A stretch of DNA of 64,000 bases from Chlorokybus atmophyticus (Eukaryota; Plantae; Mesostigma and Chlorokybus algae), in assembly GCA_009103225.1 (NCBI GenBank), contig RHPI01000890.1:151579-215578 (forward strand), given 5' to 3'. The translations under genes and the position numbers were made by a program. The notes beneath the pieces are model-generated. The model worked only from the letters and a program-made list of their open reading frames with translations. It ran no database searches and had not been told where the DNA came from. Of the stretch, positions 50,475 through 63,172 are shown piece by piece (within the stretch, counting starts at the first letter, position 1; each line of letters opens with the position of its first letter).

Positions 50475-53300
50475 TCGGGTGCTTCGCGGCAGTCGCGGGT
50501 GCTGGATGGCCGAAGCCAGCAACGTGGGGAAGATGACAGGGTGCGCCTTTCACCATGTTGTCCTTCATGCGCTCGTCTTGTTGTCCCAGAAGGTCCAGTA
50601 CCCCTGTGGGATACACCTTCAATACCTTATAAACAGCGCGCCCGCCGGAGGTGTCGAGGGTGTCGTGTGTAGCTGCCATGCGGTAGACGAAGTCTCCTGG
50701 CTGGAAGCGGCGTTCCCGTTCCTTGTAAAAACCGCTGCGCACATGCTCGTAGCGGAGCGTGTCGCGGTGCTGAGAAGTGCGCGAGTTGTTGAAGGCCATG
50801 GGGATAGTGTGCTCGATTAGCGCGCTACGCACTGCCAGATCATACAGCATCTCGTTGGAGTTGTTGAGATTGTTCACCACTCTGTCGACCTCCTCTGCTG
50901 TGCACGGAAAGGGAGCAATGGCTGCCTTCCAAACAGCATGTAGTACGGGCTGTATTCCCGCAGTGCTGCCTGCTTGGACAGCCAGTACCCCAGTGCTACC
51001 CATGGGAGGTGGTCATCCCATGTGTTCATCTCGTAGTTGAGGACGTACTTGCGCAAACCCTTCTTGATGGTCTACACGGTACGATCAGCGAGACCATCGG
51101 CTTGTGAATGGTCGCGTGAAGTGCGGCGATGGTCAATGAAGCATCTGTTCATAAGCTTGTCGAAGGCTCCTCTGAACTCCGTACCTTGGTCGGTGATGAC
51201 TTCAGCACAGCTGCCAAAGCGTCCGAGTACATGAGAGAGGAAAGCGTGGGCTACTCCCTCGCTGCTCATGTCGGGAAGGGCCACCATCTCCACCCAATTG
51301 AAAACGCGCTCGATCATGACGAGGACGTAGCGGTTGCCTCGTGCTAAGGGCGATAAGCCCCCGAGGATGTCCAGTCCCCAGCGGTTGAACAGTCCCAAGA
51401 TGGGGAGGGGATGCAGGGTGGCGTTGCGCGTGTTGAGGCTCGCGCGGACCATGTCACACTGCTGGCAGTCGCTAACGAACTTGCGCCTGCCTATCTGTGC
51501 ACCCCATACCACCAACAGTGAGTCTCGGCCAGACTGGCCGTGCGCTTGACATCAAAGTGTTCAAGCTTGCTGTAAAGGGCAGCGATGATGCCTTCTCACG
51601 CAGCTGGTGTTGGGACCTCCTTGTCCTCATTTTGTATCCGTCGCTTCAACTTGCCGTTGGCCCAGCGATGGTGCCGAGTGTGTTAACTGATTCGGTCTTC
51701 TCGCGCGCGCTCATGCATGCTAAAAGTTGTCCAGTCCGGAGCAGTGCGAGGGATGGCTTATAAGGGGTCGGTGACGGTGACGGGGGCCCGGAGAGAAGGC
51801 ACGTCCTCGTCTGTTGCTGCCTCGGTGGCCTGGGTCTTGCGTCTTGAATGTAGCGCAGCGACAGCGAATATGGCTGCTACACTTGCAGGTGCGGCTGCAG
51901 GACCCAACTCGTGTCGGGCTCCTGTCGCATCGTTGGTGCTGATATGGGTTGCGACCAAGGCCGTCTGCGCCCTGGTTGGACAGGCCTGCCTGATGCTTCA
52001 CCTCAAAGTTATACTCCTACAGCAATAGTGCCCACCATGCCATCGTGCCTGTCAGGTGCTGGTTGGTCATCAGCCACTTCAGTGGTTGGTGGTCGGTGAT
52101 CAGTTGAAACTGCTATCCAAATAGAAAGGGGCGGAAGAAGGAGATGGCCCATACTGCGGCGAGACACTCCCCCTCGGAGCTGCTGTACTTGGCCTCAGCG
52201 CTGTTGTTGCTGCGGCTGGCATACAACACTACGTGCTCCTTTTTGTTATTGTCGTGCTGCACGAGCACTGCTCCCATGCCGAGCTTGCTCCAATCTGTGT
52301 GCAGGATAATTGACCTGTTGTAGTCAGGTTTCTGAAGAATGAGAGCTGTGGTGAGTTGGAGCTTCAACTCCTTGAACGCCTCTTGTTGTGCCTCCTTACA
52401 CGGGAACTCCGTGTCCTTCCTCAGCATTTTGGTAAATGACCGCGCTATCTTCGCAAAGTCTTTGACGAACCGCCTGTAGTAGTTGGCAAGGCAGAGGAAC
52501 GCACGCAGTTACCTGAGATCTGTGGGGGCAAGGTGGCCACCAGTGCCTCCATTTTGGCCTGCACATACACACCATGGGGCACAATCATGTGCCCTATGTA
52601 CAGTACCTTGTGGGTAAAGAAGGTGCACTTGTCGGGGTGCACCATCATCCCTACTTTCTTCGGTCTCTGTAGCACCTCATCAACGCATGAGATGCTCCTC
52701 ATTGCTGCGACTAAAGATGAGGATATTGTCGATGTAGCAGCCTGCGAACTTGTTGCAGTCCAATCCGTTGAGGGCTTTGTCCATAACACGCTGGAACTTG
52801 GCTGGAGCATTCTGCAGTTTGCAGGGCATGAGCTTCCACTGGTACAGCTGCGAATTGCCCCAGAAGGAGGTCTTGTGCTTGTCCTCCTCCGTAATAGCTG
52901 GTTGTACCATTGGCGCATGTCCAGGATATTGAAGACTGTACAGCCTCCGACATCATTGAAGATACCTTCTGCAGTAGGCATTGGATACATATCTTGCTTG
53001 GTCTTGTTGTGAAGGGGGCGGTAGTCACCGCACATACGCCGAAGTGCCTGCTAAATCCTTCTTCAGGGGCATGACGGTCGCGGTCGCAAAGTCCGATGTG
53101 GACTCCTTGGTCAGGCCTGCATCTAACAGAGCTTTGCACCTTTGCTCCACCAAATCTTCATCCATGGAGAGTCTGTACTGTCGTCGGAACACCAGTTTGG
53201 TGTCCACCAACTCGATGTCCATCTAGTAAACTGAGCAATTGCCCAGCTCTTTCACGCTGAAGTTGAACTGACTCCTCCACTTGTTGAGGATAGCCTGCGT

Positions 53301-56300
53301 TGCTAGCATGAGCATGTCTTGCACACTGCTCAGTCCAATCAGCTTGTGAATTGGCTAAGGCATGAGAGATACTGCTACTAGTATGAGCTGATATCGATCA
53401 GTCATGAGTCTGTAGCAGATATCGAGTCCACTAAGCGGAGTATGACCAAGCAGGAGACTCCGGACTTGCTCATGAGGCTGGCGCAGCCTGACGCAGCCAA
53501 CGCCCTGGGAGAACAACGAGAACTCCGCGTATACTTAGCCTTAAGAGGCGTGGCTTAGCTTGTTGAAAAGCTTTAGCTGTAAGCTAGACAACTAAGCTTG
53601 CATATTAGTAATCCGCTGAGTATAGCTTACGCGGTGCTTGCTAAAGTAGACATGTGTAGTCTGGCTGGTATAAAGGCCAACAGAATTAACAAGTTGTTGG
53701 TTTGGGTGAAACCCCTTTGCAAGCCTTGTATGCACGCCTTGTGTGTATGTTTTAGTGCATGTGTATGCTGTAGTTAGCCAGCGCTAGCTCAGTGTTCAAC
53801 AGGTTATGGGCCCACACTCCTAGTGGTTCAAGAGAGGAGACAGCACCACAACTAGTGGAAAAGCTGAGCGGAACTGCTACTTGCAGAAGACCTCTGAAGA
53901 AGGCGTGACGAGATGGCAGAAGATGAAGGCTCTAGCGTCAGGTTGTCGGTGGCACCTTTGGATATGGAGAATTACAACACATTGAGCATAAAGATAAAGG
54001 CGCTCCTAAAGCATAAGGGTTTGTGGAAGTATGCCGATCTCAACGGTAACGCACCTGTAGAGGGTACGCAGAATGTGTAGTTGAAGAAGAGTGTAAAGGC
54101 ATTTGCATTGGTATCCTTGAATGTAAAGGATTACAATTTTGTGATGCTTGCTGAGAGTGTAAGCGTGCAAAGGAAGCGTCGCAAAAGCTGGCAGACATTC
54201 AAAGCAAGCAACAATGCAAGGAAGCTGCAGCCGAGAAGGCAGCTGAATGCGCTAAAGAAGGAGTCAGCGGAGCCTATCTCCAAGTACGTGGGACGAGCAA
54301 GGGAGATGTGGAAAGACCTCACTTTGATAGGCCACAAGGTGAAGGAGGTGGAGCTGGTTTGGGCTATCCTCTCTGGTCTTCCAAAGGAGTACGACATGGT
54401 GGTGACCGTGCTTGAGACGCAAAGGGAAGAACTCAAGCTCAATGTGGTGCTGCCCATGCTGCTTCAACAAGAAGAGAAGATAGGCAGGAGAAGGGATGAA
54501 GCAGATTCGGTGGCGTTTGCTGCTTCATCCTCAAAGAAATTAGAGCAGGGTGGAGGAGGAGGCTCGTACAACGGTGGCAACAGGAAGGGGAAGGACTACA
54601 AGAAGAACCTCAAATGTCATCATTGTGGGAATAAGGGCTACTTTAAGATGGAGTGCCGGCTGTGGTTAGCGGAGCACCAAAAGGCGAAGGGTGGCGAACA
54701 CGACAACAAGGGTGAGAAACCCATGGCGTTTACAGCTGCATCGTCAAGATCTGCTATTGCTTGGGTGCTGGACTCCGGGTGTAACAAGCATCTCACTTTT
54801 GAGCAGTTTCAGAGCTACATGCCTATGGACAAGCTTGACACATTTGAAAGCAGTGAGGAAGCAGCCATTGGCACGGGGGACATCCACCTCAACTACAGTG
54901 TTAACGGAGTTCAGAGGCAAGTGTACTTGCGCAACGTGTTACATGTACCCCCAAGCGGTTGTTGGTCTAGTCTCAGTGCGTGCTGCTGCAAGAGCTGGGG
55001 GTAGGACTTTATTTGAGGGAGACCATGGGCGTGTACTGTTGAAGGGGTCGTGTACATGATCACCAAAGATCATGGAGGAGGACAGTATTATGTGTAAGCG
55101 CCTACTGCATCGACAAGAGAGTCTGCAGCGGTGTGGCATCGACGACTTTGACATCTCGGCTACCATAACCTCACCAGGCTGGTGAAGGAAGACATGGTGG
55201 TTGGCATCAACATTAAGCCGGAGGAATTCAAAACCATGCAAGAGGTGTTGTGTGAACCCTGTGTGCTGGCGAAGCAACGAAGACTGCCATTCCCAGCATC
55301 ATCGAGTGTGACAACCAAGCCTCTGCAACCGGTACACTCTGATGTATGCGGACCACTCCCTGTTGCAACTGCTGAAGGGTATAGGTATTTTTGTACATTT
55401 GTACATCCTGAGTGACTACAGCAAGGTTGCGGTGGTGGTGCCCCTGCATTTGAAGTTAAAAGTGTCGGCACAGCTGAAGAAGGTACTCACCCTAATGGAG
55501 AAACAGACAAAAGAGAAGGTGGTGACAGTGCGGTCCGATAGGGGTGGAGAATACATCAGCAAGGAGCTAAAAAGCTGGTTGGCCGCGAACGGGATCACGC
55601 ACCAATACACGGTACCCTACACCCCGCAACAGAATGGAGTAGCTGAGAGGCTGAACAGAACCATGTTGGAGAAAGTCAGAGCAATGCTGGTGGACGCAAA
55701 AATGCAAGATCATAGGTGGGGAGATGCACTGCTTACTGCAGCGTATGTGCGCAATCGCGCACCAGAAGCATCTCAAGCGCAGACACCGTGGGAGCTTTTC
55801 ACCAAGCAAAGACCAGACATCTCTATGTTGAAGGTTTCCGGCTCTACATCATATGTTTTCATCCCCAAGCAACTGCAAAAGAAGCTGGCGCCCAAGAGCA
55901 AAAAGGGCGTGTTTATTGGCTATGAGTTCAACTCAAAGGCCTACCGAGTGCTGCTGGAAGACAACAAGGTGGTGGTGAATAGGGATGTGATGTTTGCGGA
56001 GGAAGGCAGCATAAGTGCTGTCCCAGGGGTGGTTGTTGTTGAGGACGAGGAGGAACCCCACATGGAGGAGTCACTAATCAACAACAATATGCACCCTGAG
56101 AACCAAACTACAGACACCAGCCATTAGTCTCAGCAACAAGCATCGAAGGAAGAAGCTGTGGAGGTCCAGGAGGAGCCCGGGTACATGCTGAGGAGCACGA
56201 GACCTGAGGAAGGACGCTTCAGAAGCTTGGCAGCATTAATAATTAAGGAGAAGGAGCCTACCACATATGAGGAGGCAATGACAGGCCTAGACACATAGCT

Positions 56301-58320
56301 GTGGCAGCATGCGATGGATTAGGAGATAGCATCCTTGCACGCCAATGGCACATGGAGGCTGGAGAAAAAAGTCCCACCTGAAGTGAAGCTCTTACCGGTA
56401 AACTTGGTGTACAAGATCAAGCGCAATGGGCAAGGCCGCATTGAGAGATACAAGGCGCGATTGGTGGTGAAGGGGTACTTGCAGCAAGAGGGCATTGACT
56501 TCAATGAGGTGGTCGCTCATGCTAGTAAGCTTGTAACCTTTTGCCCCATGTTTGCACTTGTGGTAGCTGAGAATTGGGAGCTACACCACTTGGATGTGAT
56601 GACTGCATTCATTTACGAAGAGTTGGAGGAGGAGATCTACATGCAGCAACCCAAGGGCTATGAGGAGGGAGGATTTGGCACTGCTTGCAGACTTGTAAAG
56701 GCAGTATACGGGCTCAAGCAAGCGCGAAGAGTATGGCACACCCGGCTCACCAAGGAGTTGGAGAAGATTAGCTTCACACCTTTTGAAGCTGATCCTGAAC
56801 TGTCCACGCACAAGGAGAAGAAGATCTGGCTGTTAGTCTACGTCGACGACATCATGGTCGCTGTAAAGAAGCTAAAGGACTTGGAGGAGGTGAAGACATC
56901 TCTCAAGTCTGCCTTTGACATGCGGGACTTGGGAGAGGCAATGCTTTTTGTGAGCATGGTGATCGAGAGGGACAAGGACAACAAGACAGCTAAGAGTAGC
57001 CAGGAGTTGATGGCGCGAAGGATTGTGGAGAAGTTTGGAATGGGAGACGCCAAAGGCAAGGTGATACCCATGTCCGTGGGAGCCAAGCTACAGCAAGTAA
57101 TGAGTGAGACAGAGCACCTCGGCAGGAGCAAGTTCCCTTATAGTGAGTTGGTTGGGAACATGCTTTACATGTCCGTGAGCACTAGGCCAGACATCGCACA
57201 AGCTGTGGGAGTGCTTGCACGCTACATGTTATCACCCACCATGAAGCATTGGAGAGCTGCAAAGGAGTTGCTGCGTTATGTGATGGGGAGCACAAGCGTG
57301 GGCATTCACTTTGGAGAGGGAGCTGGTTCTGGAGACAAGGAGTTGGAGGGCTATTATGACGCTGACTACGCTGGGGACCTCGACACGAGGAGGTCAACTA
57401 CTGGCTACGTTCCTGATCAATGGTGGACTTGTTAGCTGAAATAATAAGTTGCAACCTACCATGGCTGCCTCGACATCGGAGGTGGAGTACACGGCTGCCT
57501 CATCGGTAGTGAAGGAGGCATTGTGGTTGAAGAAGCTGATGGTGAACTTATGCTACCCTGCAAGCTGCATCAGCATCAACTGCGACAGCCAAGGCGCAAT
57601 CAAGCTGCTAAAGCATCCGATTGCTTTAGTCCGGTCAAAGCACATTGACGCGATTCACCACTTCGTGCGCGAGCGTGTGGCAAGAAAGGAGGTGGCGTTC
57701 AAGTACTGCAACACGGAGGATGCTAACTAACTGCATGACCAAGCTCTTAATGACGAAGAAGTTCCATGACTGCACTGGAGGACTTGGAGTCTACTAAGCT
57801 ACCTGCGTGGGAGTGCTAGCATGAGCATGTCTTGCCCACTGCTCAGTCCAGTCAGCTTGTGAATTGGTTAAGGCATGAGCCTTAGAGATACTGCTGCTAG
57901 TATGAGCTGATATCGATCAGTCATGAGTCTGTAGCAGATATCGAGTCCACTACGCGGAGTATGACCAAGCAGGAGACTCCGGACTTGCTCATGAGGCTGG
58001 CGCAGCCTGACGCAGCCAACGCCTTAAGAGAACGGCGAGAACTCCGCGTACACTTAGCCTTATGAGGCGTGGCTTAGCTTGTTGGGAAGCTTTGGGGGTA
58101 AGCTACACAACCAAGCTTGCATATTGGCAATCCGCTGAGTATAGCTTACGCGGTGCTTGCTAAAGTAGACATGTGTAGTCTGGCTGGTATAAAGGCCAAC
58201 GTAATTTACAAGTTGTTGGTTCCGGTGAAACCCCTTCGCAAGCCTTGTGTGCACGCCTTGTGTGTATGTTCTCGTGCATGTGTATGCTGTAGTTAGCCAG
58301 CGATAGCTCAGTGTTCAACA
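53301..58320 (+). mobile_element. Full-length but decayed Ty1/copia LTR retrotransposon nested in the gypsy element
   Basis: LTRs at 53301-53801 and 57814-58320 (TGCTAG..TTCAACA). PBS-like GGTTATGGGCCC at 53802-53813. gag CHHCGNKGYFKMEC, protease WVLDSGCNKH, integrase VHSDVCGP/VRSDRGGEY/QQNGVAERLNRT, RT KARLVVKGY/LVYVDDI, RNase H DADYAGDLDTRRSTTGY. Flanks TGCGT and TGAGT match at 4 of 5 positions (TSD). Confidence 0.95.
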
Positions 58321-58493
58321 TGAGTTGTTCTCGTGTCTGGCCTGTAGCCAGTGATCCAATGGCATGGGACCAGGAGGTAGCGTTGGCGACCACTAGAATG
58401 TCCTCCACAGTGACTGCTGCTTGCTCCTTCATACGGGCGATCTTGAGGGCAGTGTGTGCCGCTTTGATCTCTCGAACGCGATCAGCCCCCCCC

Positions 58494-58865
58494 NNNNNNN
58501 NNNNNNNNNNNNNNNNNNNNNNNNNNNNNNNNNNNNNNNNNNNNNNNNNNNNNNNNNNNNNNNNNNNNNNNNNNNNNNNNNNNNNNNNNNNNNNNNNNNN
58601 NNNNNNNNNNNNNNNNNNNNNNNNNNNNNNNNNNNNNNNNNNNNNNNNNNNNNNNNNNNNNNNNNNNNNNNNNNNNNNNNNNNNNNNNNNNNNNNNNNNN
58701 NNNNNNNNNNNNNNNNNNNNNNNNNNNNNNNNNNNNNNNNNNNNNNNNNNNNNNNNNNNNNNNNNNNNNNNNNNNNNNNNNNNNNNNNNNNNNNNNNNNN
58801 NNNNNNNNNNNNNNNNNNNNNNNNNNNNNNNNNNNNNNNNNNNNNNNNNNNNNNNNNNNNNNNNN
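58494..58865. other. Assembly gap (372 N) flanked by C runs
   Basis: Run of N with poly-C on both sides. Confidence 0.99.
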
Positions 58866-58949
58866 CCCCCCGTCACGTGTTTAAGCTCCCGGAAGAACAC
58901 ATGGCGGTCCTGGAGCAAAGCACATCTCCAACAACCACACCATGCTGGT

Positions 58950-59875
58950 CTGATCCATGGCGCGCCCCAACAGCTAACACTGCTGACTATCGGTCAGCAT
59001 GGAACCTGTGATACTGCCGGAAGAGAATCCCGTGGCGCGTTCGCGCTCACGGGCGTTGGCCCATGGGCTCCTCCAGTCGACCTGTGTTGACATCCAACAC
59101 CATGCCATCGCCTCCATCGCGAAAGGCGTATGATCCTGGGTAGAACACCAGAGTGGAGAGTGCACGGCGCGGTTGACCAGGCTGGTTGCACTGGCAGAAC
59201 TGCTGGCGATCGTGTCGTGTGACTAGTTGTGCTATGCCCAGGGTCTAGAATAGCGCCGACGGTAAGATCACGTGGACAACCGCTGCGTAGGTATTCAACA
59301 GCAAAGATCCTCAATGGTGGCCAGATTGGTCCACTTGGCGCGGACGCAATGAGCACGGGATCCATGACGCGCTGCATCTAATCAAAGAGGATGCCCTAGC
59401 AAGGCACACACCTATCGAAAACTGTCGGCCACGTGACGACGCTTATTGTCCTCGGAGTGCACGTTCTCAATGATGTACCCCAGAGGCCTAAAAATCTGGT
59501 TGCTTTGCAGGAGTTTGATGACGCACAACAGTCCCAGTACAATTGTGAGCGAGGATTAGAGAGTCCATGGCCTCTGCCTGCTCTGGAGTGTCCTTGGGTC
59601 TCCCATCCTGCTATCAATAGGTCGATGTTGCCCATAGCCAGGAGGTGATCCGCAGTGAATAAACGGATGTCTTATGGCAGTGCCTTCAGTCTGCCTTGCA
59701 GTGCTGATAGTGGCAGCTGCATGCAGCACTCGTGTAGGTGGCGCAAGTGGTGGCTTAGGGCAAGTTATGCGTGTGAAGCCAGGTCACAGTAGAGATACTT
59801 GGTGACCGTCGCGCCGGTGTTGAGGATGCGGCGAGGCCACTACCTATACCTCCAAACAGTTCCAACACGGTGATG
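58950..59875 (-). pseudogene. Retrotransposon-encoded C5 cytosine DNA methyltransferase domain (disrupted)
   Basis: Motifs in canonical order across frameshifts: I ITVLELFGGIGSG (about 59840-59874), IV DLLIAGWETQGHSRAG..GLSNPRSQLYWD (59623 downward), VI YIIENV (59460-59477), VIII DAARHGSRAHCVRAKWTNL (59322-59378), IX ERERATGF (59025-59048), X LLGRAMD (58953-58973). Confidence 0.85.
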
Positions 59876-61177
59876 CCTTCTTGTCGGCGAAACACGTGGA
59901 ACTCCTCCACTCTAGTGGCCACCTAGTGTTGCTCCTGCACTGCAGCTTGGTCCTTGTATAGAGGGAACCGTGCAATGACCCGTGGTCTGGTCAGTTGTAC
60001 ATATGCGACCACTTGTGCGCGCCAACGGCGTTCAGGTGGTTTCTGTTGGGCCCCTTCTTCAGTGGCATCCTCCTGGGACTCATCGGTTCTTCAAGGATAG
60101 CAGCAGAACGGTCCCAAACCCATGCGACTATCTTGGTCTCAATCTCTGCAGAGGTCTGGTTGACGATCACCAACTCAGGCTCCTCTACCTCTGCCCTGTC
60201 GATAGCTGCAGCTATGAACAAGCCGGTGACTGCAGCGGGAGTGGCAGGTGGAAAGACGGCTGCTGGACTATGCAATGACGTAGATGCTATAATGCTGGCG
60301 AGCTCGCCATAGCCATCAACTCGATGCAATGCAGCAACAGACTTTCAGACATCGTGTGCGTCATGGTCCAGATGCTGAGCAGCAACGTGGAAAGAAATCT
60401 CAACTGAGCAGTCTTTGCTCTTGAGAGCTTGCTGTCGCATGTTGGAATGAAAATTGATGATAAATTCGTCCAGCAAGGTTGTGCTAGCACGTCCGGAGAA
60501 GCGCATGGATGTGGTTGAGCTAGAAGACTCCATCTCGTAGTCGTCATTGTCGGACGATAGTAGGGAAGCTTGATGGCGAGGAGTAGATCGGAATCAAATG
60601 AAGCCGGAGACAGAATGCGAGCCTTTGCTGCTGCGATCGCTGCTCCCGTCGCTGGTCCGCTCGTAGGTGAGATTGGAGGTTGGGCTCCAACTGCTAAGAG
60701 CACCCTTGTCTATCGGAGAGAACGAGGTGGGCCTGCTCATACAGCTAGTCCACATGTCAAAGTGCATGCAGGGTAGAGTGTTTGCGCTCTACTGCCTGTC
60801 TTGATGCTGCTACCATTCACCACACTAGTGCTTGTGTGCGCACTATGTAACGACAGTGATAACGAATGCACATGGATGTATCTCCAGCTATAGACTGTAC
60901 TATCTGATGCAGAACGCGACGCACTCACTTGAGCAAAGAGGGGTGACAGTGTGAGTCAACAAGCCACTGCGATAAATGGTGCTGTGAACACAGTTTTGCA
61001 TGAGTGGATGATGCTTTACAGTGTTTAGTGAGGTGAATGAACAAGCAACTCAGAGATGCTATGTCCTGACTGATGCAGCAAACACACCATGCCAAGCTCG
61101 CATAATAGTAAGCACAGCGCACACAAGAGCGTACACTGTGTCTCACGTAATAAGGGTAGTCCTTTGCAACCAGGCGG

Positions 61178-61580
61178 TGTGCTTCTAGTTCAAGTCGCTT
61201 TACAAGCTCTTAAAGTCAGAGTTCCTACTCTTAGTACTCACTCACAATGTCACCAGCGAGTCCAGTGACTTGACTTCCTACTTATACATGTCAAATCATG
61301 ATCGTGCAATGCCACGCGGGCACTAGGCCAACGGTCACATCTACGCCGTATGCTACTACGGAAATGTCCTAAGACTTGATATAGCACATGAGCTGATAAT
61401 GGATTCTTAACTGATCAGCTACGCGCGGTTTCTACAGAGAGGTCTATAGGGTAGTTCTAGCTACATGCTACATAGAGAACGAAGTAGCTAGCAGTAGTCT
61501 TCATGCTGGTAGCCCGGGCTTGGGACTGAATGTAGGCATGCATCGAGATGGACTGGCATGCGAGGGTATTTGACATGACA
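61178..61580 (-). repeat. 5' LTR of the DNMT-bearing Ty3/gypsy element
   Basis: Diverged direct repeat of 49817-50248, followed on minus by a TGGTTGCAAAGG PBS-like sequence a few nt downstream. Confidence 0.85.
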
Positions 61581-63172
61581 ATATGCATGCACATACAACC
61601 ATATGTGTGCAGTAAACACATGGTTAATGTACAGTCATTTGCACATCGTTTGTGCTTGCTGCCATTGTTTGGTTTATATGTAAGGAATTGCATAATGTGG
61701 GATGTGCTTTAAACGGCCAAGATCTACCTCATGTGGATTCAGTGGTTAAGGCTAGTAATCATCGCTTCTTAAATAAATATGTTAGCGACATATACATATT
61801 GCCGCATTAGGTGAAAATAGCGTTTCTTCCAAATCGCATGTGGCTATACCACTCTAAAAATGTAGCATACATCTTATCAGTCACATGATGTAAAAGATAT
61901 CTCTGTGTTTTAAGTTTTATGCATTGTATGCATATTTTTTAGTGTTGTTAACAAGCCAACATTGGGCCCTTGCTTGTGCATCACAAAGTAGAGTCCGTAT
62001 TACTGGTTGTTGACAAAATAACCCACATTATACACATAAACACGCATACTATGGGCGGCCCACACGCATGTCCATTATATCAAGAATACACTTTATTCAT
62101 AGCACCGTATTGTACTCATGTGTACCAATAAACGCAAATGTCGCCACTGTATTTTTTGCACTGCTATACGTTGTAGATACGTATGCATGTAATGTTTATA
62201 GATATAGAGTGCCATTGGGCACAATATATCAGGACATATATGTATTATAACAATTCTGATGTAGACAATAACCTTGGGGCGGTTGTACCCTCAAACTTTG
62301 AGGCTCAATGCCTCATCATCGCGGCTGATTGACAACTTGTCACGGCCAGAAGCATAACGCTCCAAGCTGGAGTGGGTGCCATGACGTCGCGTGGCGTGAT
62401 GCACAGCACCTTACCACCTTGGCAGGCTGGCCATGGTCCGGCGTACGGCAAACACGCACAATTGAGCAAGTGTCAGTCATGTCACAGCCTCTGTCCCCAC
62501 CTGATTGCCCTTTGATCCGTGACAAGTTGCTGACAGAATGCGATGTCCCGGTTCCCGTGCACTCGGTGTAAGAATCTTACTAGGGATGAGCTCGGTGAGG
62601 TCCTCGCGCAGATGGTAGGCATGAGGATAGCCTATTTGACCACTTTCCCAAGTTGTCAATGTCTTATGGGGACACCACCAGTGCCACTAAGATGCTTATA
62701 AGACAAGGCAGAGCTTCCATGCAGTGTTGAGCCATATCCCTGCTGTGGAGGGTAGCTCAGCAGCCAACGCTGCCAAGCTGCGTCACTGACTGACAGCTGG
62801 TGCTGTGCCTCCATCAAAGCGCTTAGCTGAGCGGGCGTTTCACTGTTGAGCGTTGCTGTCGTCTGTGCTCGCGTAAAGGTAGGTCGGGAAAGATAGCGAC
62901 ACACGGTACAGGTGGGTTCTGTCACAGCACACTATGCTGTTCATGGGGGAGCAAAGCAACAGGCTGTTGCCAACAGCTGAACTCAGAAGCAGAGTAGCAT
63001 GCTTGCTTTGCATTGTGTGAGGTTGCTCCAGTGGAAGAGGGCTCAGGCAGGCACTTACATGCATCCATGCTTGTGTCTTGCTCCCGACTGCTTTTCTAAC
63101 TGTAACTGGTGTTTCTCCACACCACCTGCTTGACAGCTGACAGGTGTGGCCTGCTCCTGCTTGACCGCCGCA

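Larger units (their letters stand above)
49817..61580 (-). mobile_element. Decayed Ty3/gypsy LTR retrotransposon carrying a C5 DNA methyltransferase domain and a PHD finger; interrupted by a copia element and an N gap
   Basis: Direct-repeat LTRs at 49817-50248 and 61178-61580 (TG..CA on minus). Minus-strand order is gag-like (about 60700-59950), DNMT (59875-58950), RT (RRMCGDYRPL, GCYIDNILIFS; 53220-52450), RNase H (LHTDWSKLGMGAVL; 52427-52100), integrase (RWGLDILG, VITDQGTEF; 51550-50500) and PHD. Confidence 0.87.

Noticed and set aside
58160-59090. ORFs of 196-259 aa spanning 58.2-59.1 kb
   Set aside because: Their length comes from reading through the N gap.
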